A stretch of DNA of 64,000 nt from Euryarchaeota archaeon UBA170 (GCA_002499345.1 DALF01000019.1:11021-75020), one strand, 5' to 3'. Numbered from the stretch's first letter, positions 37,375 through 49,020 are shown. Notes: generated from the letters alone by a model not told the origin. Program-made: numbers and translations.

Positions 37375-38898
37375 ATGAAGATAAGCAATAGTGAATTTAC
37401 CACATTAGGCGCACAATTGATTTTACCGGTGTTCGAAGATACCAAGAAAGCACCCAATAACTCTCTGAAGGGACTAAATAGGAACCAGAGGGGACTTGTC
37501 AGGGACGTTCTCAGCTCTGGTGGTTTCGAAGGTAAGAAGGGCACTAGAATGTCCTTATGGACGCCTGGTTGTAACATCATCTTGGTAGGTATGGGAGATA
37601 GAGAAGGCATTAGTCATAAGATAGCGAGAAATGCTGGAGCCAGACTAATTTCATCCTTGTCCAAAAAGAAGGGGACTAATCTGACTGTTAGATTCACCAC
37701 GGGTTGGACTGGAGATAGAATGTTAGACTTCGCAGAGGGAATGATGCTTCGGGACTACGAGTTCTTGGAGCATCAGGAAAAACCCGATGATCATATCGAA
37801 GAAGATTGGGTAGTTGACTTTCAAGCCGGTAGCCGGCACCAGGAGAAGCTCGGTTCCGATCTTCTAGATGTGCAGTCTGTGGTGAAGGGAGTCCACACGG
37901 CACGTGATTTGGGGAATGAGCCTGCTAATGTCCTCTACCCAATGGAATATGCTAGAAGGGCGCAAGAATGGGCCAAGGGAAAGGAGAACGTCAGAGTTGA
38001 GGTTTATGAGTGGGAGAAACTGCATGAGCTTGGAATGGGTGGACTGATAAATGTCGGCAAGGGGAGTGATCAGAAGCCCTGTATGGTCTTATTCACATTG
38101 AATCCAGATGAAGATGAGGGAGTTAGGAGACCATGTATTGTGGGCAAAGGGATTACTTTCGATACGGGTGGCATCTCTATCAAACCCACCAGTGGAATGT
38201 GGGACATGAAGTATGATATGTGTGGCGCCGCTACTGTTTTCGGCCTTATGGAGGCTCTTTATGAAACTGGATACCCTAGGCGAGTAAATGGTATCTCCTG
38301 CCTTGCAGAGAATATGCCCGGCTCTGGTGCTTACCGTCCGGGTGATGTCTTCAAGACATATTCTGGGAAAACTGTAGAGGTCTTCAGTACAGACGCAGAG
38401 GGAAGGAATGTCCTTTCCGATGGTCTATGGAAGGCTGGGGAGCTTGATCCTGAGTATATCATCGATCTAGCCACGCTTACTGGTGCGGTTATTGTGGCTT
38501 TAGGAAATCAGATTTCTGGAATGTGGTCCAATGATGATGATTTGGCCGGAAATCTAAAATCAGCGGCCGAAAGAAGTGGCGAGCCAGTTTGGAGAATGCC
38601 TTTGAATAGTCAATTTCGTAAGTATATGACAGACTCAGCATTCGCGGACATAAGAAATGGTTCCATAGGAGGTAGGGCCGGATCATCCAATACCGCTGCC
38701 GCATTCTTAGAGTTCTTTGTCCCAAATAGAGGATTTGAGGAGGATGGTGACAAGATACCTTGGGCTCATCTTGACATAGCCGGATCAGCTTGGGGACCCG
38801 GTTCCAAAGCTCGTTCTGAGGGTGAAAACCCTCTTTTCCAGTTTGGGACCTCGGGCATCCATGTTAGGACTCTGCACAGGATGATCACAGAAAGCTAG
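37375..38898 (+). CDS. pepA: Leucyl aminopeptidase (peptidase M17).
   Basis: VGKGITFDTGGISIKP, MKYDMCGAA, STDAEGR (NTDAEGRL signature); 507 aa. Confidence 0.85.
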   Translation: MKISNSEFTTLGAQLILPVFEDTKKAPNNSLKGLNRNQRGLVRDVLSSGGFEGKKGTRMSLWTPGCNIILVGMGDREGISHKIARNAGARLISSLSKKKGTNLTVRFTTGWTGDRMLDFAEGMMLRDYEFLEHQEKPDDHIEEDWVVDFQAGSRHQEKLGSDLLDVQSVVKGVHTARDLGNEPANVLYPMEYARRAQEWAKGKENVRVEVYEWEKLHELGMGGLINVGKGSDQKPCMVLFTLNPDEDEGVRRPCIVGKGITFDTGGISIKPTSGMWDMKYDMCGAATVFGLMEALYETGYPRRVNGISCLAENMPGSGAYRPGDVFKTYSGKTVEVFSTDAEGRNVLSDGLWKAGELDPEYIIDLATLTGAVIVALGNQISGMWSNDDDLAGNLKSAAERSGEPVWRMPLNSQFRKYMTDSAFADIRNGSIGGRAGSSNTAAAFLEFFVPNRGFEEDGDKIPWAHLDIAGSAWGPGSKARSEGENPLFQFGTSGIHVRTLHRMITES

Positions 38899-40779
38899 CT
38901 ACTCATCGCTGTCTTCAGGCTCGACCTCTTCGAAGTCGGCTTCGACTACATCGTCTGAGCCTTCGCTTTCTTGTTGTTCGGCCATTTCAGCAGCCGCGGC
39001 TTCGTAGAGCTTCGCGGATACTTCGTGTAATGACTCCTCTACCTCTGACATCTTAGCCTGTACGGCGGCTTCATCCAAATCCTCTACATCGATTGTCTTG
39101 TCATCCTTTGTGATCAGAGCTCTCAACTCCTCGAGCTTGGCATGGATTGGGTCTGCATTGAGGTCTGAGATTTTCTCTGCCGCCTCATTGAGCATTTTTG
39201 AAGCCTGATAGACCATCCCATCGGCGGAATTGATCAGGGTCACTCCTGCCTTTCTCCTCTTATCGTCTGAAGCGAATTCTTCGGCCTCTGCAACCTTAGC
39301 ATTTATCTCGTCCTCGCTTAGAGAGGTTTGGCTCTCTATCTTTATGGATTGCTCCGTTCCTGTGCCCAAGTCCTTAGCAGAAACATTGACAATTCCATTT
39401 GCATCGATATCAAAGGTAACCTCAATTTGTGGCATTCCTCTTGGCGAAGGCGGTATCCCCATCAGGTGAAACTTTCCGAGAGTGATGTTATCCTTGGCAA
39501 ATTCCCTTTCGCCCTGCAAGACATGTACCTCGACTGCAGGCTGATTATCCGCTGCAGTGGAGAATGTCTCGGACCTCCTAGTGGGAATGGTAGTATTTCT
39601 CTCAATCATTGTTGTCATAATCCCTCCGAGTGTTTCGATACCGAGAGTAAGTGGCGTGACATCGAGCAGGAGGACATCAGTAACTCCCTCGTCCCCAGTG
39701 ATTATTCCTGCTTGAAGGACTGCTCCGACAGCGACTGCTTCGTCCGGGTTTATGCCCTTGAAAGGTGGCTTGCCCACTTCCTTCTCTATTGCTACTTGAA
39801 CCGCAGGAACTCTGGTAGATCCCCCTACGAGAATAACCTTGTCGACATTTCCTTTCTTAATTCCAGCATCCTTCATGGCCCTTCTGGTGGGGCCCATTGT
39901 CCTCTCTACGAGATCAGAGATAAGATCTTCGAATTTAGCCTTAGATAGGGAGATGTCGAGATGCTCTGGCTGACCATCACCACTCATTGTGATGAATGGG
40001 AGATTTATCTGAGTTGTACTGGTGCCTGAAAGCTCTATCTTGGCCTTCTCTGCAGCTTCACGTAGTCTTGTTATTGCCGTCATGTCGCTTGATAGATCAA
40101 TTCCTGTTGATTTCTTGAATTCCAAAACGAGCCAGTCGATTACTACCTCGTCGAAGTCGTCTCCGCCCAAGCGATTATCTCCGCTGGTCGCCTTAACCTC
40201 GATTTGGGGTTGGCCATCAACCTGGTATATCTCAAGAACAGAGACATCAAATGTCCCCCCTCCCAGATCATAGACCAATATTGTCTGATCGTCATCTTTG
40301 TCGACCCCATATGCTAGAGCGGCGGCTGTGGGCTCGTTGATAATTCGGAGAACTTCAAGTCCCGCGATTCTCCCTGCGTCCTTTGTTGCCTGACGCTGTG
40401 CATCAGTGAAGTATGCTGGACAAGTGATCACAGCCTGCTTAACCTCTCGGCCAAGATAGTCCTCGGCATCAGACTTTAGCTTCTGTAAGACAAATGCGGA
40501 GATCTCCTGCGGAGTATATTCGGTATCATCTATTTTCTTCTTCCAGTCAGTGCCCATCTCCCTCTTAACTGACATTATTGTTCTTTCGGAATTAGTCACA
40601 GCCTGTCTCTTGGCGGTTATACCGACCACTCTTTCACCTCCATTCTTAGAGAATGCGACAACACTGGGAGTCGTTCTCGCTCCTTCTGAGTTCGGAATGA
40701 CCACTGGTTTTCCCGCCTCTAAAGTTGCTACACAGCTGTTTGTTGTTCCCAAATCTATTCCAATTACCGGTCCAGTCAT
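38899..40779 (-). CDS. dnaK: Chaperone DnaK (Hsp70).
   Basis: [34 protein letters not shown] and a C-terminal acidic tail; 626 aa. Confidence 0.95.
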   Translation of the reverse strand: MTGPVIGIDLGTTNSCVATLEAGKPVVIPNSEGARTTPSVVAFSKNGGERVVGITAKRQAVTNSERTIMSVKREMGTDWKKKIDDTEYTPQEISAFVLQKLKSDAEDYLGREVKQAVITCPAYFTDAQRQATKDAGRIAGLEVLRIINEPTAAALAYGVDKDDDQTILVYDLGGGTFDVSVLEIYQVDGQPQIEVKATSGDNRLGGDDFDEVVIDWLVLEFKKSTGIDLSSDMTAITRLREAAEKAKIELSGTSTTQINLPFITMSGDGQPEHLDISLSKAKFEDLISDLVERTMGPTRRAMKDAGIKKGNVDKVILVGGSTRVPAVQVAIEKEVGKPPFKGINPDEAVAVGAVLQAGIITGDEGVTDVLLLDVTPLTLGIETLGGIMTTMIERNTTIPTRRSETFSTAADNQPAVEVHVLQGEREFAKDNITLGKFHLMGIPPSPRGMPQIEVTFDIDANGIVNVSAKDLGTGTEQSIKIESQTSLSEDEINAKVAEAEEFASDDKRRKAGVTLINSADGMVYQASKMLNEAAEKISDLNADPIHAKLEELRALITKDDKTIDVEDLDEAAVQAKMSEVEESLHEVSAKLYEAAAAEMAEQQESEGSDDVVEADFEEVEPEDSDE

Positions 40780-40786
40780 TTTTTTT

Positions 40787-40791
40787 CCTCC
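40787..40791 (-). promoter_or_regulatory. Shine-Dalgarno-like GGAGG 7 nt upstream of the dnaK ATG, in the 21-bp hsp20-dnaK spacer.
   Basis: Minus strand reads GGAGGaaaaaaaATG; supports co-transcription of hsp20 and dnaK. Confidence 0.45.
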
Positions 40792-40800
40792 TATGATAGG

Positions 40801-41406
40801 CTAAGCCATATCGAAAGTGATGTCTAGTATGCCATTATTCAGGTTCCAATCAGAGACTGAGTTGGCCGCCTGCGGGAGATTGATACTCTTGATTGGCCTG
40901 AGTTGGGTTCTTCTCATTAATTGGAGAACCTTGCCTCCGTGGGATAATATGAGCTCAAAGCTTCCCTCATCTAGATCCACGATGTTTGAGACATCGATTG
41001 TAACATACATGGAAGTACCATCAACGTAGGTATCTTCTACAGGAACATCGGTCTCATCCTCTTGTTCTTCTTCAACCACAACCTCTGCGGACTCATTATC
41101 GGGACCAACTTGGACGTTAATACCCATATTCTTGAAAATCTCAGAAAAGCCTTCGGGATGGTTCATGAAGGATTCCATTTGCTTGCGGAAATTTTCGGGG
41201 TCTCCTTGGAAATTCATTTTCACGTTGCTATTGTAGATACTCTCGGCATCTATGCCCAAATTGTCAAATTGCTGACGGATTCTAGAAATTGTATCCTCTA
41301 GTTCCGATTTATCGATTGGCATTCCCATCTGATTGAACAGATTGAGCATCTGCTCAATCATTTTCTTTTCCCATTCATCGGAATTTGAATCACTCATTTC
41401 TACCAC
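40801..41406 (-). CDS. Small heat-shock protein (Hsp20/alpha-crystallin domain) with an N-terminal extension.
   Basis: C-terminal ~90 aa fit the alpha-crystallin-domain pattern (YVTIDVSNI..., INLPQAANSVSDWNLNNGILDITF compared with FTLP...NGVLTVTLPK). Not GrpE-like despite its position upstream of dnaK. Confidence 0.55.
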   Translation of the reverse strand: MVEMSDSNSDEWEKKMIEQMLNLFNQMGMPIDKSELEDTISRIRQQFDNLGIDAESIYNSNVKMNFQGDPENFRKQMESFMNHPEGFSEIFKNMGINVQVGPDNESAEVVVEEEQEDETDVPVEDTYVDGTSMYVTIDVSNIVDLDEGSFELILSHGGKVLQLMRRTQLRPIKSINLPQAANSVSDWNLNNGILDITFDMA

Positions 41407-41540
41407 TACTTAACTGACGGTTGTATAGTGCGATGATAGTGCCATATATGAATATACGCATTGGAATATGAGTTCTTTCTTGGTAACGGAGATAGATTAG
41501 TGATGGAGTACTTCAAATCTAGGACTAGATTCCGAGTACC
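41407..41540. promoter_or_regulatory. Divergent promoter region between hsp20-dnaK (minus) and the thermosome gene (plus); AT-rich with TATA-like ATATATGAATATA.
   Basis: 134-bp spacer flanked by divergently oriented chaperone genes. Confidence 0.4.
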
Positions 41541-43154
41541 ATGGTGCAGGCTGAGCATGATGTTGCCCTACAGGACACCGATAGGCTGGAAGGACGTGCG
41601 GCTCTAGTGAATAACGTCAAGGCCGCTGTAGCCCTAGCTGGAGCCGTTAGATCTACTTTAGGTCCAAGAGGATTAGACAAAATGCTGGTATCTGATGATG
41701 GAAATTGTCTAGTAACAAATGATGGAGTTACAGTAATCGAGGCTGCAAAGGTCGAACATCCAACAGCCAGGCTTCTAATCTCCGCATCTTCATCTCAAGA
41801 TAAGTCAGCTAGAGATGGAACTACCTCAACTGTGATCCTTACTGCAGAGTTTCTACAGAATTCCCTTGAGCTTGTTAGGATGGGGATTCATCCATCTACT
41901 GTAATCAATGGTTTCCTTCTAGCGGAGAGAGAAGCTATTTCTGAGCTAGACAGGGTCTCAAGGGAAGCGAGCTCTGAGGAGGAGCTGAAGTCAGTAATTT
42001 CGACTACTTTGGCTGGCAAGATTGGCGAGTCGCTGGCCTCCCATATCACTGAAATTGCTTTTGAAGCAGCTGAGTTGATTTCGGATGAAGAAGGCGGCGA
42101 TGACCTAGAAAGGTTGAGAGTAAAGAGGTTGCAGGTCAGTGGTGGTTCAACTACTGATAGTCGTCTTATCAACGGTTTGATGATCCCTAAGACTAGGGTC
42201 GATATCTCAACTCCTTCCTCTTCTGGTGGGGGGACCATAGCAATAATCGATGGCGGCCTTGAGAATACAAAGCTCGAGATGGATGCCGAGATTGAGATCA
42301 GTAGCCCCGGAGTACTGAAGGGATTCCATGACCGATCTTTGGCGAAATTGAGAGAAGAGGTCGTCCATCTTTCATCCCTCGGAGTTGAGCTACTGATTGT
42401 CAGAGAAGGGATTTCTGATGATGCTATTTCCATGCTAAATGATGCTGGGATAACCTCATACAGAAGATTTGAGAGGGAGGATTTGGAGCGACTCTCGAAA
42501 ATAACTGGAGCTCGAATGGTCAGGAGACCGATCAGGATTACAGAAGACGACCTCGGGAAATTCACTGGTAGAAGGGAAGAGACTGTGGCAGGTATATCTC
42601 ATTCTATCATAGAGGGATCCGAAGGTGGTGCATTAACTGTGGTCGTTCGTGGAACATCTCCCCAGATTAGAGAAGAGGCAGTCAGGGCGTTTGATGATGC
42701 CATGGGCGTAGCCTTCAGGGTCATTAGAGACTCCAGAGTGATTCCAGGAGGAGGTGCAATTCAAACACATCTAGCTAGACACCTGAGGTCGTTCGCTCTC
42801 GGAAACCCTGGAAGGGAGCAATTGGCAATAGAGGGTTATGCTGCCGCTTTGGAGGTCATTCCTAGGACACTTGCAGAAAATGCTGGGCTCGACCCAATAG
42901 ATGTAGTTCTGGACCTGTCCGCAGCACAAAATTCCGATGAGGAGAATGGCCCGTGGATAGGACTTGATGCCATGACTGGAAGTAGGTCTAGAATGGACGA
43001 GATGGGAATCTTGGATCCTTTATTTGTAACTAGGCATTCCATTTCTGGATCGACTGAGGCCGCAATCAGTGTACTCAGGATTAACGATGTTCTTTGGGCG
43101 AAGCAGGACCCAACTACTCCAGATTGGAATGATGATGAAGTTCAGGAAGACTGA
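41541..43154 (+). CDS. ths: Thermosome subunit (group II chaperonin, CCT/TCP-1 family).
   Basis: [28 protein letters not shown]-binding and equatorial/apical domain pattern; 537 aa. Confidence 0.9.
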   Translation: MVQAEHDVALQDTDRLEGRAALVNNVKAAVALAGAVRSTLGPRGLDKMLVSDDGNCLVTNDGVTVIEAAKVEHPTARLLISASSSQDKSARDGTTSTVILTAEFLQNSLELVRMGIHPSTVINGFLLAEREAISELDRVSREASSEEELKSVISTTLAGKIGESLASHITEIAFEAAELISDEEGGDDLERLRVKRLQVSGGSTTDSRLINGLMIPKTRVDISTPSSSGGGTIAIIDGGLENTKLEMDAEIEISSPGVLKGFHDRSLAKLREEVVHLSSLGVELLIVREGISDDAISMLNDAGITSYRRFEREDLERLSKITGARMVRRPIRITEDDLGKFTGRREETVAGISHSIIEGSEGGALTVVVRGTSPQIREEAVRAFDDAMGVAFRVIRDSRVIPGGGAIQTHLARHLRSFALGNPGREQLAIEGYAAALEVIPRTLAENAGLDPIDVVLDLSAAQNSDEENGPWIGLDAMTGSRSRMDEMGILDPLFVTRHSISGSTEAAISVLRINDVLWAKQDPTTPDWNDDEVQED

Positions 43155-43155
43155 T

Positions 43156-44106
43156 TTAACTAATATTGGAAATCATCTCGTCTACCATTCTTCCCAAGTC
43201 ATAATTTGCTTCCCATCCCCACTCATTTCTAGCGGCCTCATCATCAACATCATCGGGCCACGAGTCGGCTACCTTCTGCCTGAAATCGGGAATAAAATCA
43301 CAAGTGAATCCCGGTATTCTCTCAGCTATCTTATCAGCTAGTTCTCCCGCAGTAAATGATATTCCCTTAATATTATATCCAACTCTAGAATCTCCCAGAC
43401 TCCCTGGATCTGCCTGCATGATACTCTCTGTCGCTCTAATGGCGTCTTCCATGTACATCATAGGTAATCTTGTATCTTCACTAACAAAGCAATCATAGTG
43501 TCCATGATCAACAGCTGCTCTGAAAATATCAACTGCATAGTCAGTGGTCCCCCCTCCTGCTGGCGCTTTCCATGAAATCAAGCCAGGAAATCTGAGCCCC
43601 CGTACATCAACGCCATACTGTTTCCAATAGTTCAATCCTAATATCTCCCCTGTTACCTTTGTCTTACCATACATTGTTGTTGGATTTAGAGGGCCTTCCT
43701 GAGGGGCAATATTTGGAGAATCTGGTCCGAAAACTGCGATTGATGAGGGTGCGAAGACCTTCAAATCAAAATCTCTAGCTGCTTCGAGAACGGATACAGT
43801 ACCCCCTACATTCACTCTCTGACAAAGCTCTGGATTTTTCTCTCCAGTTGCGGAAAGAATGGCGGCCAGGTGAAAAACTGTACCAATGCCCTCCTCTAGA
43901 ATCACTCTTTCCATCTTGGCTCCATCCAGAACACTGAGATTTGAGAATGGCCCGTCAGGAAAGTTTGATTCTGGTCCGGGACTCCTTATGTCAGTAGCTA
44001 GTATGTTGTCCTTACCATGCCTCTGCCTTAGGGATGAGACCAGCTCGGTACCTATTTGCCCTAGTGCCCCTGTTACCAGAATTCTGTCCCCGGGTGACTC
44101 TGTCAT
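43156..44106 (-). CDS. NAD-dependent epimerase/dehydratase family protein (extended SDR), probably L-threonine 3-dehydrogenase.
   Basis: ILVTGALGQIGTELV Rossmann motif, catalytic YxxxK region. Start probably MTESPG (44106) rather than 44190, which overlaps pyrG. Confidence 0.55.
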   Translation of the reverse strand: MTESPGDRILVTGALGQIGTELVSSLRQRHGKDNILATDIRSPGPESNFPDGPFSNLSVLDGAKMERVILEEGIGTVFHLAAILSATGEKNPELCQRVNVGGTVSVLEAARDFDLKVFAPSSIAVFGPDSPNIAPQEGPLNPTTMYGKTKVTGEILGLNYWKQYGVDVRGLRFPGLISWKAPAGGGTTDYAVDIFRAAVDHGHYDCFVSEDTRLPMMYMEDAIRATESIMQADPGSLGDSRVGYNIKGISFTAGELADKIAERIPGFTCDFIPDFRQKVADSWPDDVDDEAARNEWGWEANYDLGRMVDEMISNIS

Positions 44107-44213
44107 GTTACTTCGTAAAGCTGGAGATACTTGGTCATTGATGTGCGATAAAGTGGGTTTACTGTCCCAATGTTGATATGCGAGGCACAATGGCTTCAGA
44201 CCCCGTTGGTTGC

Positions 44214-45860
44214 ATGAAGTATGTCGTAGTTACCGGGGGAGTCCTGTCTGGATTGGGCAAAGGAGTGACCGCCAGTAGTATCGGTGTTCTTCTAAAATCA
44301 GCTGGCCTGAGAGTTACTTCAATCAAGATAGATCCATACTTGAACAGCGATGCAGGGACGATGTCTCCATTCGAACATGGAGAGGTCTTCGTTCTTGATG
44401 ACGGAGGAGAAGTAGATTTAGACTTGGGAAATTATGAGAGGTTCTTGGATGTGGCTCTGACAAGAGATAATAATATCACTACAGGGAAAGTATACGCCAA
44501 AGTGATTGAGAAAGAAAGGAGGGGGGACTACCTAGGAAAGACTGTTCAAGTAGTCCCACACATAACTAATGAGATTCAAGATTGGATAGATGCCGTAGCA
44601 CACGTGCCCGCTGACGGAACTTCGAGTACTCCGGATGCTTGCGTGATTGAATTGGGAGGGACGGTTGGAGACATAGAGAGTGCCCCTTTCATCGAGGCAC
44701 TGAGACAATTCCAATTCAGAGCCGGCAAGGGGAATGTTTGCTTCGTGCATGTTAGCTTGGTTCCGGTAATGGGACCTGTTGGAGAGCAGAAAACCAAGCC
44801 TACTCAACATACTGTCAAGGAATTGCGTGGACTGGGCATAATACCTGATATTCTGGTATGTCGCTCGGAGAATCCATTGGATTCTGAGACAAAATCGAAA
44901 TTAGCGGCATTCTGCCATGTGGGAGAAGATGCTGTCATCTCAGCGCATGATGTTTCCAATCTGTATCAGATACCCATCTCACTACACGAACAATCTGTTC
45001 TTAGAATGGTGTCCAATAATCTGGGATTCGATATTCCCGATAGCCTCCCAATGCTCGACGAATGGAAGGAAATGGCTGACAAAGTGGATATGCTGGAGGA
45101 TGAAGTCAGAATAGCAATGGTGGGCAAGTATACCGGACTATCAGATTCTTATCTCTCAGTCATTAAGGCACTCCAGCACAGTGCCTTTGCGGTGAACAGG
45201 AAACTCATAATAGATTGGATAGAATCCACAAACTTGGACCCAATAGAAAAGACTCCTATGCACGATCATGCGTGGGCGACTCTGAAGTCCGCCGATGGGA
45301 TCCTGGTACCGGGCGGGTTCGGAAATCGTGGAGTCGAGGGGAAGATTGCGGCGGCAAACTACGCAAGAGTCAATAATGTACCATATCTTGGTGTTTGTCT
45401 TGGCCTACAGATTGCAACGATAGAGTTCTGTCGTAACGTACTGGGTCTTGATGGCGCTAATTCCGCTGAATTTGATGAGCATGCGCCTGTCCAGGCTGTT
45501 GTCTTCATGCCAGAGATATCCAAGACACACATGGGCGGAACTATGAGGCTGGGAACCAAACCGACTCCATTCCTAGTGGATGAATGTAAGGTACGTAGGC
45601 TGTATGGAGGCGCGAGCCATGTAGATGAACGTCACAGGCATCGGTACGAGGTTAATCCAGAGCTTATCGATAGAATTGAGGCCGCTGGATTGATTTACGT
45701 AGGCAAGGACGAGACTGGAGAGAGGTGTGAGATTATGGAGCTTGAAGGGCATCCGTATTATGTTGGTACTCAATACCATCCAGAGTTCAAATCAAGACCG
45801 AACAGACCTAGTCCGCCTTTCCTAGGATTGCTGAAAGCTTCCTGTGGCCATGAAATCTGA
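44214..45860 (+). CDS. pyrG: CTP synthase.
   Basis: [17 protein letters not shown] amidoligase N-terminus; C-terminal glutamine amidotransferase domain ([15 protein letters not shown]); about 548 aa. Confidence 0.95.
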   Translation: MKYVVVTGGVLSGLGKGVTASSIGVLLKSAGLRVTSIKIDPYLNSDAGTMSPFEHGEVFVLDDGGEVDLDLGNYERFLDVALTRDNNITTGKVYAKVIEKERRGDYLGKTVQVVPHITNEIQDWIDAVAHVPADGTSSTPDACVIELGGTVGDIESAPFIEALRQFQFRAGKGNVCFVHVSLVPVMGPVGEQKTKPTQHTVKELRGLGIIPDILVCRSENPLDSETKSKLAAFCHVGEDAVISAHDVSNLYQIPISLHEQSVLRMVSNNLGFDIPDSLPMLDEWKEMADKVDMLEDEVRIAMVGKYTGLSDSYLSVIKALQHSAFAVNRKLIIDWIESTNLDPIEKTPMHDHAWATLKSADGILVPGGFGNRGVEGKIAAANYARVNNVPYLGVCLGLQIATIEFCRNVLGLDGANSAEFDEHAPVQAVVFMPEISKTHMGGTMRLGTKPTPFLVDECKVRRLYGGASHVDERHRHRYEVNPELIDRIEAAGLIYVGKDETGERCEIMELEGHPYYVGTQYHPEFKSRPNRPSPPFLGLLKASCGHEI

Positions 45861-45869
45861 AGTGTATAT

Positions 45870-47624
45870 CTAGCAGCAACTCTCGTCCAAGCTATCCTGG
45901 GCACAGAAGCAGGTCTTTGCAGGCATGATGTCTGCACGGGAGCTTCTCTCATTGAATAGGGCTGTTACTTCCTCAAGTTCCTCGGGAGCGTCCCCTCTCT
46001 CCTCGAGACAGAGTTTGAGACCCAGTAAGCCCCACATATTGTCCTTCCAAAGTTTGATGTCCTCACGATATACTGCCTCAGCTTCAGCTACCTCACCTTG
46101 CTCAAGGAGCAATGCACCGAGTATGTGCCTGACTGGTTGCATCTGGCCCCATGGTTCGTTGTACGCCAAGTTGAGCGATAGGTCAACGCCCCTGCGCAGA
46201 TGGTCGAATGCCTCTGTGAAATCGTAATCCTCCCCTCTGGCCTTTGCTTGGAACTGTCTTCGATATTCTATCTCGCCTGAGAGAACTGCGTCATTCACCA
46301 ACAGAATACAGGGCCCCTCACTCGGATCTTGATACATCAGGTTGTTATGGAGAACTCTTCCCTGAAGAGCTGGATTGTTGAGTGCTTCCTCAAATAGTAA
46401 CTGCTCTGCCTCGGCCTCTGGAACCATGCCCTTAGATGCGTAAGCCACTCCCCTAGCATAGTGCTGAGTAGCTACAGCGGCAGGGAATACATCTCCGTCT
46501 GTGTGGAGTGGTTCATTGAGTATCTCATCCCACTTTCCAAATCTAATCATGACATGCCACGGCATAGTAACATACGACTCTAGGAAGATCGCTCCCATTG
46601 GGATGATTCCAGCGAGCATGAACTGTACGCCCGACTCTGAATCGCCGGCCGGCAGAGTACTTACTGCTTTGCGTGCATACTTCAGTGCTGTTTCGTACTG
46701 TCCATCGAACATAGCACACCAGACCACGAAATGGTGATTGTGCATTCTGTAAAATTTGTAGAACTGTGACTCGTTACCAGTTATCTCAACATATCTGTCA
46801 TCTGCCTCTACAGCAGCGATATTGCACTCTATAGCCTCCTGCCACTGACCAACCCACGCATCTATGTGAGATGGCATATGGACTAAGTGACCAAGTCCGG
46901 GCATCAGTGTCCTGAGTACATCTGCAGCTGGTAGAGCCTTCTCTGGATAGGGAGAAAGTTCCAGTGCATGGCAGTATAGATGACAAAGAGCCGGATGGAC
47001 CTTTGCTTCCTCGCTGGTTTCAAAGGCGTCTTCTAATATCTTCACTAGAAGTAGGGTGTTTTCGTCAGCGGGAGTGATTTCGCCAGTCTTGGTATCTTTA
47101 TTCCACAGTTGCCAGGCCTTCAGATTCATAAGCGCCTCTACATAAATTGCAGTAACATCCAGATTGCCACTATATTTCTCATAAAGCGGAGCCATTGCTT
47201 CAGCGAATGCGATATTTAGCTCGGGACTATTACCCATATTGAGTACAGACGGATCAGCAGCATCTCTTGCTTCCTCTGAGTGCCTCTCTGCCAGTGCATC
47301 GATCAGATCTTGTTCCATTTCTGAACATCCTTCTTTGAGTGAGATGGCCATCTGGATTGGATCGTATCCTGAGCCAAGTCCGGGAGTCCAATTGTAGTTC
47401 GATGAGACGCAATAAGCAATCCCCCACCATGCCATGGCACAGTTTGGATCTAATTCAGTACATTTTGAGAAGCATGCAATAGCTTCCTCGTGGTTGTAAT
47501 TTAGCATATGCCCGTACGCAAGTACAAACATTTTCCTCGCTTCGTCGTTTGTGCATGTTACTTCCATTGCAAAGGAATAATTATCCATATTCCCAAAATC
47601 ATAGTCCTCAGGTGTCAAGTTCAT
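45870..47624 (-). CDS. Hypothetical helical-repeat (TPR-like) protein, 584 aa.
   Basis: Repeated Ala/Trp/Tyr-rich helical hairpin pattern (AMAWWGIAYC..., EEAIAC...); no catalytic motif. Confidence 0.45.
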   Translation of the reverse strand: MNLTPEDYDFGNMDNYSFAMEVTCTNDEARKMFVLAYGHMLNYNHEEAIACFSKCTELDPNCAMAWWGIAYCVSSNYNWTPGLGSGYDPIQMAISLKEGCSEMEQDLIDALAERHSEEARDAADPSVLNMGNSPELNIAFAEAMAPLYEKYSGNLDVTAIYVEALMNLKAWQLWNKDTKTGEITPADENTLLLVKILEDAFETSEEAKVHPALCHLYCHALELSPYPEKALPAADVLRTLMPGLGHLVHMPSHIDAWVGQWQEAIECNIAAVEADDRYVEITGNESQFYKFYRMHNHHFVVWCAMFDGQYETALKYARKAVSTLPAGDSESGVQFMLAGIIPMGAIFLESYVTMPWHVMIRFGKWDEILNEPLHTDGDVFPAAVATQHYARGVAYASKGMVPEAEAEQLLFEEALNNPALQGRVLHNNLMYQDPSEGPCILLVNDAVLSGEIEYRRQFQAKARGEDYDFTEAFDHLRRGVDLSLNLAYNEPWGQMQPVRHILGALLLEQGEVAEAEAVYREDIKLWKDNMWGLLGLKLCLEERGDAPEELEEVTALFNERSSRADIMPAKTCFCAQDSLDESCC

Positions 47625-47718
47625 GTCTCGACGAGTGGCTGTTCAGGTATAATTTAAACTGATAGAAACTCATTATTTAGCGCTTTTTATATTTTTTCGT
47701 TTAATATTTGCTCTGTAA

Positions 47719-48867
47719 TCAATCTACAGATACTCGTAGAACTCTGGTTGTCCTATACCCCTGCAATACCTTGAGATACTTCTTTTTGGAGAACCTTTCA
47801 TCCATCTCAGGGTCACCAGTCTCAATCCTAAGACTACGTAAGGTGAGCATTTTGGCAGGGGTGACGATTCCAAGAACTCTGTCTACTCCAATCATCCTGA
47901 GTACTTCCGGTGAAAGCTGGAGGTTTCCCCTTCCAATCAGAAATCCTTGTCCGCCCATTGGAGATAGGAGTAGTATCACGTCACCTTGATGCTCTTCGAG
48001 CGCGGTCAATATCTCCTTTTCGTTTAGATCTGAAGCAACAATATTATTCCCCAAGGTTATGTCAATACCTAGGGTATTCAACTCAAATCCAAGAATTCCT
48101 CCAATTGTCCTGAGTGTGCCTCCTGAACCCCAAATTATCATCATTTGGTCATCGATCAACGTCTCCCTTACGTGTTCAGCTAGTCCCTGAATAATTTCCC
48201 CTTCTCCCGAAGCTTCTACTCTCATCTTAGATCCTTGCATCCACCTTGGACTTGCCGGAGTAATTGCCTCAGCATAGAGCCTGACAACCCACTTCCCTTC
48301 CCTATACAGGTCTTCATCTAGGTCAAGAACCTCTGTAGTAGACAAAAGGAGGTCGCCCTCCAACCATGCACTGAGGACCTCAGCAGCGGCCTTGGGCGAG
48401 GAGGCAAAACAACCCGAATGCATCTTCACTCCGGTTGGAACGCCAATTATGGGTAATTCTGGTCTGCCATATTCGGAGAGAGCGGCTACTACGTCTCTAG
48501 TCGTGCCATCGCCCCCTGCATAAATTAGAAGATCGATGTCAGAGTCTATCATTGATGAGACTAGTTGACTGGTATCTTGAGCATCTGTAGAGCTACTTGA
48601 AGAGTGGACGATGCCAAATGGAGATATTGTCGGGGGAATCCAATCGGTACCCATTCTTCCTTCGCTTAGATACCACTGGACACCATCCAGATTTTCCTTA
48701 CTGATTGCGACTAAGTGATCCAACATTATCCTCATTCTAGGGCCAGATCTATCTTGAGCGCCCCTAGATCTTGCAATTTCGGCTTGGCCATCTGAACCCT
48801 TCAAACCAAGTCTCCCACCTAGTCCAGCATCCGGATTCACAAGAAGTCCCAGCTTAAACATGGCCAT
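47719..48867 (-). CDS. ATP-NAD kinase-like protein (GGDGT motif; COG3199-like predicted polyphosphate/ATP-NAD kinase).
   Basis: LIYAGGDGTTRDV and IIGVPTGVKMHSGCF resemble NAD-kinase/DAG-kinase catalytic motifs; the overall family assignment is tentative. Confidence 0.4.
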   Translation of the reverse strand: MAMFKLGLLVNPDAGLGGRLGLKGSDGQAEIARSRGAQDRSGPRMRIMLDHLVAISKENLDGVQWYLSEGRMGTDWIPPTISPFGIVHSSSSSTDAQDTSQLVSSMIDSDIDLLIYAGGDGTTRDVVAALSEYGRPELPIIGVPTGVKMHSGCFASSPKAAAEVLSAWLEGDLLLSTTEVLDLDEDLYREGKWVVRLYAEAITPASPRWMQGSKMRVEASGEGEIIQGLAEHVRETLIDDQMMIIWGSGGTLRTIGGILGFELNTLGIDITLGNNIVASDLNEKEILTALEEHQGDVILLLSPMGGQGFLIGRGNLQLSPEVLRMIGVDRVLGIVTPAKMLTLRSLRIETGDPEMDERFSKKKYLKVLQGYRTTRVLRVSVD

Positions 48868-49020
48868 GGCAAGGGGGGATTGGTCTTATCGCTTCGTAAT
48901 GGAATCACTCTTTTTCTAGGTTGTCGAATCATCAAGAACAAGTATTTGTACGGATATCTCAATTTATGACAGACGCCTTCAAACGGGATTGCGTGACCGG
49001 TCATATCAAGAGGAGTACTG

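Noticed and set aside
40801-41406. Expectation that the gene upstream of dnaK is grpE.
   Set aside because: The sequence lacks GrpE features and its C-terminal 90 aa fit the Hsp20 alpha-crystallin domain pattern; called Hsp20 instead (needs HMM confirmation).
47625-47718. T-rich run (CGCTTTTTATATTTTTTCGTTT) as a possible intrinsic terminator.
   Set aside because: Both flanking genes are on the minus strand, where this reads as an A-run. It better fits a TATA/BRE promoter (TTTAAATTATA about 25 nt upstream of the 47624 start codon), consistent with a leaderless transcript.
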